A stretch of 64,000 bases of DNA, taken from the NCBI GenBank assembly GCA_016869375.1, contig VGEH01000002.1:2044-66043 (forward strand). The letters are read 5' to 3'. The translations under genes were made by a program, and so were the position numbers. This document shows positions 1 through 8,412 of the stretch, in pieces; positions within the stretch are counted from its first letter, which is position 1, and every line of letters starts with the position of its first letter. The notes below the pieces were generated by a model. That model was not told where the DNA came from and did no database searches. It worked only from the letters and a program-made list of their open reading frames with translations. The stretch is from Alphaproteobacteria bacterium. GTDB taxonomy: Bacteria > Pseudomonadota > Alphaproteobacteria > SHVZ01.

Positions 1-98
1 GCGCCGAGGGGCTGATGAGCTTCGAGATCGTGCCGGTGATCCCGAGCAAGGAGACGCAGAGGGTCGTCGCGCCCTTCCTCGATGCACCCAGGCGTTGA
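1..98 (+). CDS. 3' end of an unidentified CDS (5' part lies outside the window)
   Basis: Frame 3 is open from the window edge to TGA at 96-98 (AEGLMSFEIVPVIPSKETQRVVAPFLDAPRR*). Third codon positions are mostly G/C, as in neighbouring genes. Too short for a functional call. Confidence 0.4.
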   Translation, partial: AEGLMSFEIVPVIPSKETQRVVAPFLDAPRR

Positions 99-167
99 CC
101 GGGGGCCCGGGTTCATGGTTCGGTGGGGAATCGGTCAGGGGGCGGGACTTGAGGCGGGGGGAACGGG

Positions 168-479
168 ATGGCACGGCGACGCGATGCGACGCTGACGGTG
201 GTTAACTTCGAGCGCCAGACACCGCGGCCCACTGCCGCCCAGATGGCCTGGCTCAAGCGCGGTCTCGACCAACCGGGCGGAAAGCTGCCGCTGTTCGACA
301 TCGACGGCCAGCGCATCAATCCGCGCACGATCAAGACCTGCATCGAGCAGGGCTGGGCCGAGCCGTGGTTCGACAACCCGATCAAGCCGGACTGGCTGGT
401 CTGCAAACTGACCGAGGCGGGCCGTGCGACCGCGATCGCCGGTCATATCGACCCGACGCCCGACGCCGACGACGACTGA
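168..479 (+). CDS. hypothetical small protein, 103 aa (possible winged-helix DNA binder)
   Basis: ORF track 168..479 with GC-rich third positions. Stop TGA 477-479 overlaps ATG 479-481 of the next ORF (ATGA). No catalytic motif recognised. Internal Met26 is an alternative start. Confidence 0.55.
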   Translation: MARRRDATLTVVNFERQTPRPTAAQMAWLKRGLDQPGGKLPLFDIDGQRINPRTIKTCIEQGWAEPWFDNPIKPDWLVCKLTEAGRATAIAGHIDPTPDADDD

Positions 480-976
480 TGCGCCTCGACGAGTATGTCG
501 TCCTGGTGGCCGGCAGCGCGGCGGCCGATTGGCGCGTGCACAAATCGCCGACCTTCCACTATCGCGTCGTTCCGGTGCGCGGCGGGCCTAACCGCATCGT
601 CGATTTCGAGCTGCACGAGCACAACGTGGTGATGACCTATGCCAAGGACGTAGGCATCAACATGTGCTTCGGTCTCGTGCAGGACCGGAACTACGCGAGC
701 GCCTGGTCGCAGCGCTTCCCCGACAAGCGCGCGCAGTCCTGCTTCCTCGATTTCTTCTACAACGGCGCGCTGGTATTCCGCGAAACCATGGTCTGGGTCG
801 ATGGCTGGCGCTGCGTGCTGCCCGAACCGACCGCGAATGCAGGCCCGCCCTTCCCGATCCCGATCCGGAAGTTCCAGATCTCGAAGCTGCTGCACGGGCT
901 GGTCGGGCCGGGCACCAATTTCGAGGATTATTTCCGCCGCGCCGGCATGGGGCCGAGCCAGGATCCCTGGCCCTAG
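479..976 (+). CDS. hypothetical protein, 165 aa
   Basis: In-frame ATG at 479 inside ORF 365..976 (MRLDEYVVLVAG...), coupled to the upstream ORF. Codon usage looks coding. No family recognised. Confidence 0.6.
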   Translation: MRLDEYVVLVAGSAAADWRVHKSPTFHYRVVPVRGGPNRIVDFELHEHNVVMTYAKDVGINMCFGLVQDRNYASAWSQRFPDKRAQSCFLDFFYNGALVFRETMVWVDGWRCVLPEPTANAGPPFPIPIRKFQISKLLHGLVGPGTNFEDYFRRAGMGPSQDPWP

Positions 977-977
977 G

Positions 978-1469
978 CTAGCCGGCCGCGATCCGGCGCA
1001 GCTCGTCGGTCCAGAAAGAGTAGCTCACCTTGTCGGCGACGATGCCGCCGAGCGCTATGTAGAGGCTTTGCGCGCCGGTGTTGCCCGTATCCGTGCCGAG
1101 ATCGATGCGGCCGATGCCGCGGTCCAGGCAGAAGCGCGCGAGGAAGCGCATCAGCTTGGTGCCGATCCCCTGCCCGCGCACCGTCTCCCGGACGAACAGA
1201 TCCTTGACGAAGACGAGCCCCTTCGCGTCTCGCCCCGGCCTCAGCACGGCGAAGCAGGCGATGCCGACCGCCTCGCCGGCGGCGGAGAGGCAGAGCGCGA
1301 AGCGCGTCCCTTCCCGTCCGCCGACCGTCGCTGCGACCATCGCGACGTAGTCCTTCATCTCCGGCAGCACCGCATCGGGGCGGTAGTGGCGATCCATCGC
1401 CTTCAGCACATCCGCGACCTTGGCCGCATCCGCCTCCTCGGCAAGGCGGATGTCGTAGCCGGCGATCAT
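978..1469 (-). CDS. GNAT family N-acetyltransferase (163 aa)
   Basis: C-terminal 163 aa of ORF 978..1949, starting MIAGYDIRLAEEAD. Acetyl-CoA-binding region VRETVRGQGIGTKLMRF. ATG at 1467-1469 overlaps the stop of the upstream gene. Confidence 0.85.
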   Translation of the reverse strand: MIAGYDIRLAEEADAAKVADVLKAMDRHYRPDAVLPEMKDYVAMVAATVGGREGTRFALCLSAAGEAVGIACFAVLRPGRDAKGLVFVKDLFVRETVRGQGIGTKLMRFLARFCLDRGIGRIDLGTDTGNTGAQSLYIALGGIVADKVSYSFWTDELRRIAAG

Positions 1470-2545
1470 CAGAGATTGTCGCCGAGCAGCGCCGCGCACA
1501 TCGCGTCCGTGACCTGACGCGTCGTCGCCTTGCCGCCGAGATCGGGCGTGTGCAGCGCCTTGTCGGCGGTGACGCGCTCGATCGCGCGCATCAGCCGGCC
1601 GGCAGCCGCCGTCTCGCCGAGATGCTCCAGCATCATCACGCCCGACCAGAAGGTGCCGACGGGATTGGCGACGCCCTTGCCGGCAATGTCGAAGGCCGAG
1701 CCGTGGATCGGCTCGAACATCGAGGGGAATTTGCGCTCCGGGTTCAGGTTCGCAGTCGGCGCGATACCGAGCGACCCCGCCAGCGCCGCCGCCAGATCCG
1801 AGAGGATATCCGCATGCAGGTTGGTCGCGACCACGGTGTCGATCGTCTGGGGCCGCAAGGTCATGCGCATGGTCATGGCGTCCACCAGCATCTTGTCCCA
1901 GCGCACATCGGGGAAGTCGGCCGCCACCTCGGCGGCGATCTCGTCCCACAGCACCATGCCATGGCGCTGCGCGTTCGACTTGGTGACCACGGTCAGCAGC
2001 TTGCGCGGGCGCGAGCGTGCCAGCGCGAAGGCGAAGCGCATGATCCGCGTGACGCCGGCGCGGGTGAAGATCGAGACCTCGGTCGCGATCTCCTCGGGCA
2101 GGCCCTTATGCGCGCGGCCACCATGACCGGCATACTCGCCTTCCGAATTCTCGCGGACGATGACCCAGTCGAGATCGCCGGGCTTCACGTTGCGAAGCGG
2201 GCCCTCGATGCCGGGCAGCATCCGCGTCGGACGGACATTGGCGTATTGGTCGAAGGGTTGGCAGATCGCGAGCCGGAGGCCCCACAGGGTCACGTGGTCC
2301 GGCACGTCTGGCGCGCCGACGGCGCCAAAGTAGATGGAGTCGAAGGGCTTTAGCCGGTCGAGGCCGTCGGCCGGCATCATGATGCCGTGCTTCTTGTAGT
2401 AGTCCGAGCCCCAGTCGAAGGGCGTCACGTCGAAGCGGAAGCCGCCGTCGCGCCTGGCGCAGAGCTCGAGGACCTCGAGGCCGGCGGCGATGACTTCCTG
2501 ACCGATGCCGTCGCCGGGAATGGATGCGATCTTGTGCTGGCGCAT
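1469..2545 (-). CDS. tartrate dehydrogenase/decarboxylase - D-malate dehydrogenase (decarboxylating) family
   Basis: 358 aa of the isocitrate/isopropylmalate dehydrogenase superfamily. Motifs IPGDGIG, VRENSEGEY, TKSNA, NLHADILSDLAAALAGSLGIAPTANLNPE and FEPIHGSAFDIAGKG are colinear with DmlA/TtuC-type enzymes. Confidence 0.85.
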   Translation of the reverse strand: MRQHKIASIPGDGIGQEVIAAGLEVLELCARRDGGFRFDVTPFDWGSDYYKKHGIMMPADGLDRLKPFDSIYFGAVGAPDVPDHVTLWGLRLAICQPFDQYANVRPTRMLPGIEGPLRNVKPGDLDWVIVRENSEGEYAGHGGRAHKGLPEEIATEVSIFTRAGVTRIMRFAFALARSRPRKLLTVVTKSNAQRHGMVLWDEIAAEVAADFPDVRWDKMLVDAMTMRMTLRPQTIDTVVATNLHADILSDLAAALAGSLGIAPTANLNPERKFPSMFEPIHGSAFDIAGKGVANPVGTFWSGVMMLEHLGETAAAGRLMRAIERVTADKALHTPDLGGKATTRQVTDAMCAALLGDNL

Positions 2546-2637
2546 GTGCAGGGTTCGCTCGCGATGTCGAAGGGGCCGGTGGTCTCCCTATACCGCTCTC
2601 CGTCCGCGGGAACAAAGCCGATTGAGATCGTGTTGGA

Positions 2638-2657
2638 CTTTTCGGAAAGCCGAAAGG
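2638..2657 (+). promoter_or_regulatory. hairpin that pairs part of the Shine-Dalgarno of the downstream small secreted protein gene
   Basis: cttttcgg (2638-2645) / aaag loop / ccgaaagg (2650-2657): 8 bp including one G-U. The right arm overlaps the SD aaggaga (2654-2660), which sits 5 nt before ATG 2666. Confidence 0.25.
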
Positions 2658-2665
2658 AGATCGAC

Positions 2666-2878
2666 ATGCGCATCACACTTGCCGCCGCGGCGATGCTGCT
2701 CGCGGCCTCGCCGGCCTGGGCCGACTTCTACATCCTTCAGGATACCGCGACAAAACGATGCACGATCTCCGAGCTGAAGGCGGTGCCCGGCACCTCGGTC
2801 CAGGTCGGCAGCGTCTATTTCACCCGCGCCGAAGCCGAGACGGCGATGACGCAGATGGCGGCCTGCGTTACCGAGTAA
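2666..2878 (+). CDS. small secreted protein, 70 aa, two-Cys family (paralog 1)
   Basis: ATG 2666 preceded by the SD aaggaga. Signal peptide MRITLAAAAMLLAASPAWA. The mature part carries FYILQDTATKRCTI ... AEAETAM...C. Paralogous to 3003..3218. Confidence 0.75.
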   Translation: MRITLAAAAMLLAASPAWADFYILQDTATKRCTISELKAVPGTSVQVGSVYFTRAEAETAMTQMAACVTE

Positions 2879-2912
2879 CCGCACGGATTCCATGGGAACT
2901 GGAATCCCGCGG
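2879..2912 (+). terminator. stem-loop immediately after the stop codon (possible intrinsic terminator, no U-tract)
   Basis: ccgcacggattcca (2879-2892) / tgggaac / tggaatcccgcgg (2900-2912): 13 bp with one bulge, starting 1 nt after TAA 2876-2878. Confidence 0.4.
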
Positions 2913-3002
2913 GCCGCGTTGGATCGGACGGACGACGTTGAATGGCCCCGGGCCTAGTCCCCTTGCGTCGCGATCCGAAGCATCTGAGACGGAGAGGACA
3001 TC

Positions 3003-3218
3003 ATGAAGTTCGTTCTTGCAGCCGCCCTGGTCGCCGCGTTCGCGCTGCCGGCGTCGGCCCAGAGCTTCTACATCGTGCAGGACGCGGCGACGAAGAAGTG
3101 CACCGTCGTCAGCGAGAAGCCGACCGTGACCACGACGACGGTCGTCGGCAACACCACCTACACGACCAAGACCGAGGCTGAAGGCGCGATGAAGACCGCC
3201 ACGGTCTGCACCCAGTAG
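3003..3218 (+). CDS. small secreted protein, 71 aa, two-Cys family (paralog 2)
   Basis: SD ggagagga upstream. Signal peptide MKFVLAAALVAAFALPASA. FYIVQDAATKKCTV ... TEAEGAM...C, with a Thr-rich middle section. Confidence 0.8.
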   Translation: MKFVLAAALVAAFALPASAQSFYIVQDAATKKCTVVSEKPTVTTTTVVGNTTYTTKTEAEGAMKTATVCTQ

Positions 3219-3245
3219 AGCATCGCCTCCGGTTGAGGAAGCCTT

Positions 3246-3268
3246 GGCCCCGCCTTCGAGGCGGGGCC
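3246..3268. terminator. bidirectional intrinsic terminator between convergent genes
   Basis: Perfect 9-bp GC stem ggccccgcc / ttcga / ggcggggcc, followed by the T-rich acttgtcttc. Lies between the stops at 3218 (+) and 3277 (-). Confidence 0.7.
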
Positions 3269-3276
3269 ACTTGTCT

Positions 3277-4461
3277 TCAGGCGATCTCGAACAGCGCGGC
3301 GGCACCCATGCCGCCGCCGACGCACATGCCGACGACGACGCGCCTGGCGCCGCGCCGCTTGCCTTCGATCAGCGCGTGCTGCGTCATCCTGGCACCGCTC
3401 ATGCCGTAGGGATGGCCGATGGCGATCGCCCCGCCATCGACGTTGAATTTCTCCGGGTCGATGCCGAGCCGGTCGCGGCAGTAGAGGACCTGGACGGCGA
3501 ACGCCTCGTTGATCTCCCAGAGATCGATGTCCTGGACTTTGAGGCCGGCGCGCTCGAGCAGGCGCGGCACGGCGAAGACCGGACCGATGCCCATCTCGTC
3601 CGGCTCGCAGCCGGCGACCGCGAGGCCGCGGAAGATCCCGAGCGGCTTGAGTCCGCGCTTCTCGGCCAGCTTCGCGTCCATCACCACGCAGGCTGCGGCG
3701 CCGTCGGACAGCTGCGAGGCGTTGCCGGCGGTGACAGTCTTGTCGTCGCCGAGGACGGGCTTGAGCTGCGCCAGGCCTTCCGGCGTGGTGTCGGGGCGGT
3801 TCCCTTCGTCGCGGTTCAGGCGCGCGGTCTCGCGCGAGGTCTTGCCTGTCGCCTTGTCGGTGACGAGCTTCACCGCCTCCATCGGCACGATCTCCTGGTC
3901 GAAGCGCCCGGCCTGCTGGGCCGCCGCGGTGCGGCGCTGGCTCTCCAGCGAGAAGAGGTCCTGGGCCTCGCGCGAGACCTTGTAGCGCGCGGCGACGACT
4001 TCCGCCGTCTCCAGCATCGACATGTAGATCGCCGGCTTGTTGGCAAGGATCCACTCGTCCTGAACCCGGAACTTGTTGCGCTGGTCGTTCTGCACGAGGC
4101 TGATCGACTCCAAGCCCCCCGCGACCGTGACCGGTACGCCGTCGACGACGACGCGCTGCGCCGCAGACGCGATGGCTTGCAGACCGGAGGAGCAGAAACG
4201 GTTGATCGTCATGCCCGCAGCTGTCGGGTTGAGGCCGCCGGCGATCGCCGCCTGGCGCGCGATGTTGCCACCCGTCGCACCCTCGGGCATTGCGCAGCCC
4301 AGGATCACGTCATCGACCTCGCCGGGATCGACGCCGGCACGCTGCACCGCATGTCTGATCACGTGCCCGCCCAGGGCCGCGCCATGGGTGTCGTTGAAAG
4401 CGCCGCGATAGGCCTTGCCGATCGGCGTGCGGGCGGCGGAGACGATGACAGCTTCTTTCAT
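3277..4461 (-). CDS. acetyl-CoA C-acyltransferase (thiolase), PimB-like
   Basis: Start chosen at [17 protein letters not shown] (cat 4459-4461), giving 394 aa. Thiolase motifs [11 protein letters not shown] (active-site Cys), NEAFAVQ and the C-terminal [11 protein letters not shown]. Confidence 0.9.
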   Translation of the reverse strand: MKEAVIVSAARTPIGKAYRGAFNDTHGAALGGHVIRHAVQRAGVDPGEVDDVILGCAMPEGATGGNIARQAAIAGGLNPTAAGMTINRFCSSGLQAIASAAQRVVVDGVPVTVAGGLESISLVQNDQRNKFRVQDEWILANKPAIYMSMLETAEVVAARYKVSREAQDLFSLESQRRTAAAQQAGRFDQEIVPMEAVKLVTDKATGKTSRETARLNRDEGNRPDTTPEGLAQLKPVLGDDKTVTAGNASQLSDGAAACVVMDAKLAEKRGLKPLGIFRGLAVAGCEPDEMGIGPVFAVPRLLERAGLKVQDIDLWEINEAFAVQVLYCRDRLGIDPEKFNVDGGAIAIGHPYGMSGARMTQHALIEGKRRGARRVVVGMCVGGGMGAAALFEIA

Positions 4462-4481
4462 GATCATTCTCGTGAGTCGAC

Positions 4482-4518
4482 GGAAAAGAAACGGCGCGGG
4501 AGATCGCTCTCCCGCGCC
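4482..4518 (-). terminator. intrinsic terminator downstream of the substrate-binding protein gene
   Basis: Perfect 11-bp stem ggcgcgggaga / tcgc / tctcccgcgcc (4493-4518). On the minus strand it is followed by GTTTCTTTTCC. Confidence 0.75.
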
Positions 4519-4536
4519 GAGGGACACAAAGTCAGA

Positions 4537-5760
4537 TCAGCTGCCGATCTCGCCCGACATGACCGGGCCGAACAGCTCCCAGCTCGTGCCGTTGAAACGC
4601 TGCATCTGCATCTGCTCGATCGGATAGAAGTCGTTCGGACCGCTGTTGAGCTTGATGCCTGGCAGCAGCACGTTGATGTCGACATTCTTCAGGTTGGCCG
4701 CCTGCTTCATGACGTTCTCGCGCGTCAGCTCGTTGCCGGCCTGCTTGAGGACGTGAACCAAGCTCTGCGCCACAGCATAGCCGTAGACGGTGAAGCTCGA
4801 GGTCTTGTCGCCATCCGGGAAGTACTTGTCCATGAACGCCGCCCATTCCTTCATCCCGGCATCGTCCTTCCAGGTCGGGTCGGTCGAGTCCTTGATGTAG
4901 TTGGTGGTCAGGAGTCCCTTGGAAGCCTCGAGTCCGGCCGGCCGCAGCACAGAGCCGACCGAGGCGGAGACGTTGTTGACGATATGCACCGGCTGCCAGC
5001 CGATCTCGGCCGCCTTGCGGATCGCCTGGGCGGCGAATTTCGGCGTGGCGACGTTGAAGAAGATGTCGGCGCCCTTGGCCTTGAGCGAGACAATCTGCGA
5101 GTCGACCGTCGGGTCGGCGACTTCATAGGGCAGCTCGGAGATGATCATCGACGCCTTCGCCCCGAGACCGTCCTTCAAGCCCTTGAGGTAGTCCTTGCCG
5201 TAGTCGTCATTCTGGTAGAGGACGCCGATCTTGCCGTTCGGATGCTTGTCGAGAATGTACTTGGCGTAGATGCGGCCTTCGCTCTGGTAGTTGGGCTGCC
5301 AGCCCATGGTCCAGGGATAGTCCTTGGGATTGCCGAACTGGGTGGCACCGGTGGCGACGAAGAGCTGCGGCACCTTCTTGCCGTTCATGTATTTCTGGAT
5401 CGCGGTGTTGCCGGGCGTGCCCAGCGACTGGAAGACAAGCAGCACCTCGTCGCTCTCGACCAGCTTGCGCGCCTGCTCGACCGTCTTCGGCGGGCTGTAG
5501 CCGTCGTCGTAGCTGATGAAGGTGACCTTGCGGCCATTGATGCCGCCTTCGGCGTTGATCTTCTTGAAGTAGGCATCGATGGTCTTGCCGATCAATCCGT
5601 AAGCAGAAGCCGGGCCGCTATAGGGATTGATGTTGCCTATCTTGATCTCGGTATCGCTGGCGCCCGGATCGTATTTCTTCTGCGCGAGCGACGGCGACGA
5701 AACGAGCGCGGCGCCGGCCAAGGCCGCCGCCATCGTCAGCAGGGTTCGCCTTGAAGTCAT
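4537..5760 (-). CDS. ABC transporter substrate-binding protein, Leu/Ile/Val (LivK/Peripla_BP_6) type
   Basis: 407 aa from ATG (cat 5758-5760), with SD GGAGGA (5766-5770 complement). Signal peptide MTSRRTLLTMAAALAGAALVSSPSLAQ. The upstream part of ORF 4537..6267 is rejected. Confidence 0.9.
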   Translation of the reverse strand: MTSRRTLLTMAAALAGAALVSSPSLAQKKYDPGASDTEIKIGNINPYSGPASAYGLIGKTIDAYFKKINAEGGINGRKVTFISYDDGYSPPKTVEQARKLVESDEVLLVFQSLGTPGNTAIQKYMNGKKVPQLFVATGATQFGNPKDYPWTMGWQPNYQSEGRIYAKYILDKHPNGKIGVLYQNDDYGKDYLKGLKDGLGAKASMIISELPYEVADPTVDSQIVSLKAKGADIFFNVATPKFAAQAIRKAAEIGWQPVHIVNNVSASVGSVLRPAGLEASKGLLTTNYIKDSTDPTWKDDAGMKEWAAFMDKYFPDGDKTSSFTVYGYAVAQSLVHVLKQAGNELTRENVMKQAANLKNVDINVLLPGIKLNSGPNDFYPIEQMQMQRFNGTSWELFGPVMSGEIGS

Positions 5761-5774
5761 TGTTTCCTCCTTGG

Positions 5775-6800
5775 TTACCGGTTCGACGACATAAGACGGG
5801 TGAGACGGCCCGTCACCAGACGCACGAAGCCTGCCGCCCCGGTTGGCATCACGTAGATGACCAGGATCAGGATGGCTCCGTAGACCGCCCAGGCCAGGCC
5901 CTTGGAGACCTGCTCGGCGAGATTGGGGATGTACATGATGAAGAGCCCGCCGATCAGCGCGCCCGGAATCGAGCCGACGCCGCCGACGACGAGGCCGACA
6001 AGGAAGCTGACGGCGAGGAAGAAGGTGAAGCTGTCGGGAGCGACGAACTGCACCACGATGGCCCCGAGCGATCCGGCGACCCCGGTGTAGAGCGCGCTGA
6101 CGCCGAAGGCCATCGACTTGTAGAAGGCCGTGTCGATGCCCATCGCCTTGGCGGCGAGCGGGTTGTCGCGGATCGCCTTGAGCGCGCGGCCGGTGCGGCT
6201 CGCGACCAGGCGCATCGCCGCCAGGAACATGAAGATCAGGATCGCGAGCGTGAAGTAATAGAGCCACCTGTCCTGGCTCAGCGGCAGGCCGAAGGGCGCG
6301 TCCGGCTTGATGATGACGATGCCCTGCACGCCGCCGGTCCAGTGCTCGAGGATCGAGAGCTTGAGGAGCTGCGGCGTCGCCACCGCGAGCGCGAAGGTGG
6401 CGAGCGCGAGATAGAGGCCTTCGAGACGGAGCGCGGGCAGGCCGAAGAGGAAGCCGGCGATCAGGCAGACGATTCCGGCGACCGGTAGCGTCAGGAAGTA
6501 AGGCACCCCGAAGCGGTCCATCAGGATCGCCGTGGTGTAGGCGCCGATCGCGTAGAAGGCGCTGTGGCCGAGCGAGAACTGGCCGTTGATGCCGGTCAGC
6601 AGGTTGAGGCCGAGGATCGCGATCGCATAGATCATCACCAGCGTCAGCTGGAAGACGTGAAAGTTCTTGAGGACGGCCGGGAGCGCGAGCGCGATCAGCA
6701 GCACGATGATCGTGAGCACGCGCTGCCAGGTCCGCAAGGTGAGGCCGCCGAGGCGCGGCACGGCGACGGCGCTATCGGCGATGTCTTCGCGGGTGGTCAT
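5775..6800 (-). CDS. branched-chain amino acid-type ABC transporter permease (LivM-like)
   Basis: 341 aa polytopic membrane protein. LNLLTGINGQFSLGHSAFYAIGAYT is typical of LivM. Confidence 0.9.
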   Translation of the reverse strand: MTTREDIADSAVAVPRLGGLTLRTWQRVLTIIVLLIALALPAVLKNFHVFQLTLVMIYAIAILGLNLLTGINGQFSLGHSAFYAIGAYTTAILMDRFGVPYFLTLPVAGIVCLIAGFLFGLPALRLEGLYLALATFALAVATPQLLKLSILEHWTGGVQGIVIIKPDAPFGLPLSQDRWLYYFTLAILIFMFLAAMRLVASRTGRALKAIRDNPLAAKAMGIDTAFYKSMAFGVSALYTGVAGSLGAIVVQFVAPDSFTFFLAVSFLVGLVVGGVGSIPGALIGGLFIMYIPNLAEQVSKGLAWAVYGAILILVIYVMPTGAAGFVRLVTGRLTRLMSSNR

Positions 6801-6804
6801 GGCG

Positions 6805-7683
6805 CTACACCCGGCTCACCGCCGCCCGGCCGAACAGGCCCGACGGCTTGACCATGAGGACGGCGACGATCAGCACCAGCGCGATGGTGAGCTTGAGCTC
6901 CTTGCCGACGACCGGGACGAAGGTGCCGGCAAGGTTCTCGACGATGCCGACGGCGAAGCCGCCGAGCACGGCGCCGACCGGGCTCGTGAGCCCGCCGACG
7001 ACGGCACCGGCAAGGCCGTAGAGCAGGATGCCCAGCATCATGTTGGGCTCGAGGAAGACCACCGGCGCGATCATCATGCCGGCGACGGCGCCGATCGCGG
7101 CGGCAAGGCCCCAGCCCAGCGCCACCATCCAGCCGACGCGGATGCCGACCAGCCGGGCCGAGTCCGGATTGGCGGCGGCGGCACGCATCGCGAGGCCCAG
7201 CCGCGTGTGGCGGAACAGCACGTAGAGCAGCACCAGCAGGATCAGCGTGATCGCAATCATGCCGAGGTCATGCGCGCCGATCAGGCGGTTGTTGAACAGC
7301 GGCTGCGAGGGGAACGGGCTCGGGAAGCTCTTGATCGTGTATTCCCAGGTGAAGCCCGCGACGCTGTTCAGGATCGAGAACATTGCGATGAAGACGATGA
7401 TGTGGCTGAGCACCGGCGCGTTCCGGATCGGCTTGAACAGGCCGCGCTCGATCACCACGCCGCCGATGAAGGAGATGACGATGGTGAGGATGAAGGCGAT
7501 CCAGTAGGGACAGCCCCAGGCCATCAGCTGCCAGGCGATGTATGTCGAGAACATCGCCATCTCGCCCTGGGCGAAATTGAAGTGGTCGATCGACTGGTAG
7601 ATCATCACCACAGCGAGCGCCATGCAGGCATAGATGCCGCCGGTGGCGATTCCCGCCAGGAGCTGGTGCAGAAAGAGCTCCAT
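6805..7683 (-). CDS. branched-chain amino acid-type ABC transporter permease (LivH-like)
   Basis: 292 aa. MELFLHQLLAGIATGGIYACMALAVVMIY...NFAQGEMAM is typical of LivH. Confidence 0.9.
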   Translation of the reverse strand: MELFLHQLLAGIATGGIYACMALAVVMIYQSIDHFNFAQGEMAMFSTYIAWQLMAWGCPYWIAFILTIVISFIGGVVIERGLFKPIRNAPVLSHIIVFIAMFSILNSVAGFTWEYTIKSFPSPFPSQPLFNNRLIGAHDLGMIAITLILLVLLYVLFRHTRLGLAMRAAAANPDSARLVGIRVGWMVALGWGLAAAIGAVAGMMIAPVVFLEPNMMLGILLYGLAGAVVGGLTSPVGAVLGGFAVGIVENLAGTFVPVVGKELKLTIALVLIVAVLMVKPSGLFGRAAVSRV

Positions 7684-7698
7684 TCCTCCCCTTCCCCC

Positions 7699-8412
7699 TC
7701 AATACCCGAGATAGGCGCGACGAATACTTTCGTCGGCGCCGATCTCGGCCGTCGATCCGGACATCACGATGCGGCCGGTTTCGATGAGATACGCATGGTC
7801 GGCCAGCGCCAGCGCCAGCGCGGCGTTCTGCTCGACGAGCAGCACGCTGACGCGATCGGCCTTGTTGACCGCCTTCAGGATCTCGAAGACCTCGGCAACC
7901 AGCAGCGGCGCAAGGCCGAAGGACGGCTCGTCCAGCAGCATGATGCGTGGGCGCAGCATCAGCGCGCGGCCGACGGCGAGCATCTGCTGCTCGCCGCCGC
8001 TGAGCGTCCCGGCCTGCTGGTGGCGGCGCTCCTTCAGCCGCGGGAAATGCGCATAGACGCGCTCGACGTCGCTCTGGATCTCGGCGCGGTCGGTGCGGAT
8101 CATGGCGCCGAGGAAAAGGTTCTCCTCGACCGTGAGGCGGACGAAGGTGCCGCGCCCTTCCGGCACATGGGCGACGCGCAGCCGCACCACGTCCTCAACC
8201 GCGAGCCCGCCGATCGGCTTGCCGTCGAGCAGGATCTCGCCCTCGCTCCGGATCATGCCGCAGATGGCACGGAGCACCGTGGTCTTGCCGGCGCCGTTGG
8301 CGCCCAGCAGCGCGGTGATGCCGCCTTCCTTGAGGTCGAGGTCGAGCCCGTGCAGCGCGCGAGTCTGCCCGTAATAGGCCTTGAGGCCGCGGACGGAGAG
8401 ATTGGCGCTCAT
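7699..8412 (-). CDS. ABC transporter ATP-binding protein (LivF-like)
   Basis: 237 aa from MSANLSVRGL (cat 8410-8412). Walker A GANGAGKTT, signature LSGGEQQML, Walker B IMLLDEPS. Overlaps the upstream stop by 4 nt. Confidence 0.9.
   Translation of the reverse strand: MSANLSVRGLKAYYGQTRALHGLDLDLKEGGITALLGANGAGKTTVLRAICGMIRSEGEILLDGKPIGGLAVEDVVRLRVAHVPEGRGTFVRLTVEENLFLGAMIRTDRAEIQSDVERVYAHFPRLKERRHQQAGTLSGGEQQMLAVGRALMLRPRIMLLDEPSFGLAPLLVAEVFEILKAVNKADRVSVLLVEQNAALALALADHAYLIETGRIVMSGSTAEIGADESIRRAYLGY

Noticed and set aside
3244-5754. 836-aa plus-strand ORF spanning the thiolase and binding-protein genes
   Set aside because: It lies antisense to two genes with unmistakable family motifs. Its translation is low-complexity and Arg/Ala/Gly/Asp-rich, which is typical of stop-poor shadow frames in high-GC DNA.
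5761-6267. N-terminal extensions of several minus-strand ORFs (4537..6267, 7699..9261, 30475..33258, 32187..34283, 34363..36978, 40490..41464, 978..1949)
   Set aside because: In each case an internal ATG or GTG, with an SD or a stop/start overlap, yields a protein of canonical length beginning with the expected signal peptide or N-terminal motif. The extension overlaps the upstream gene.
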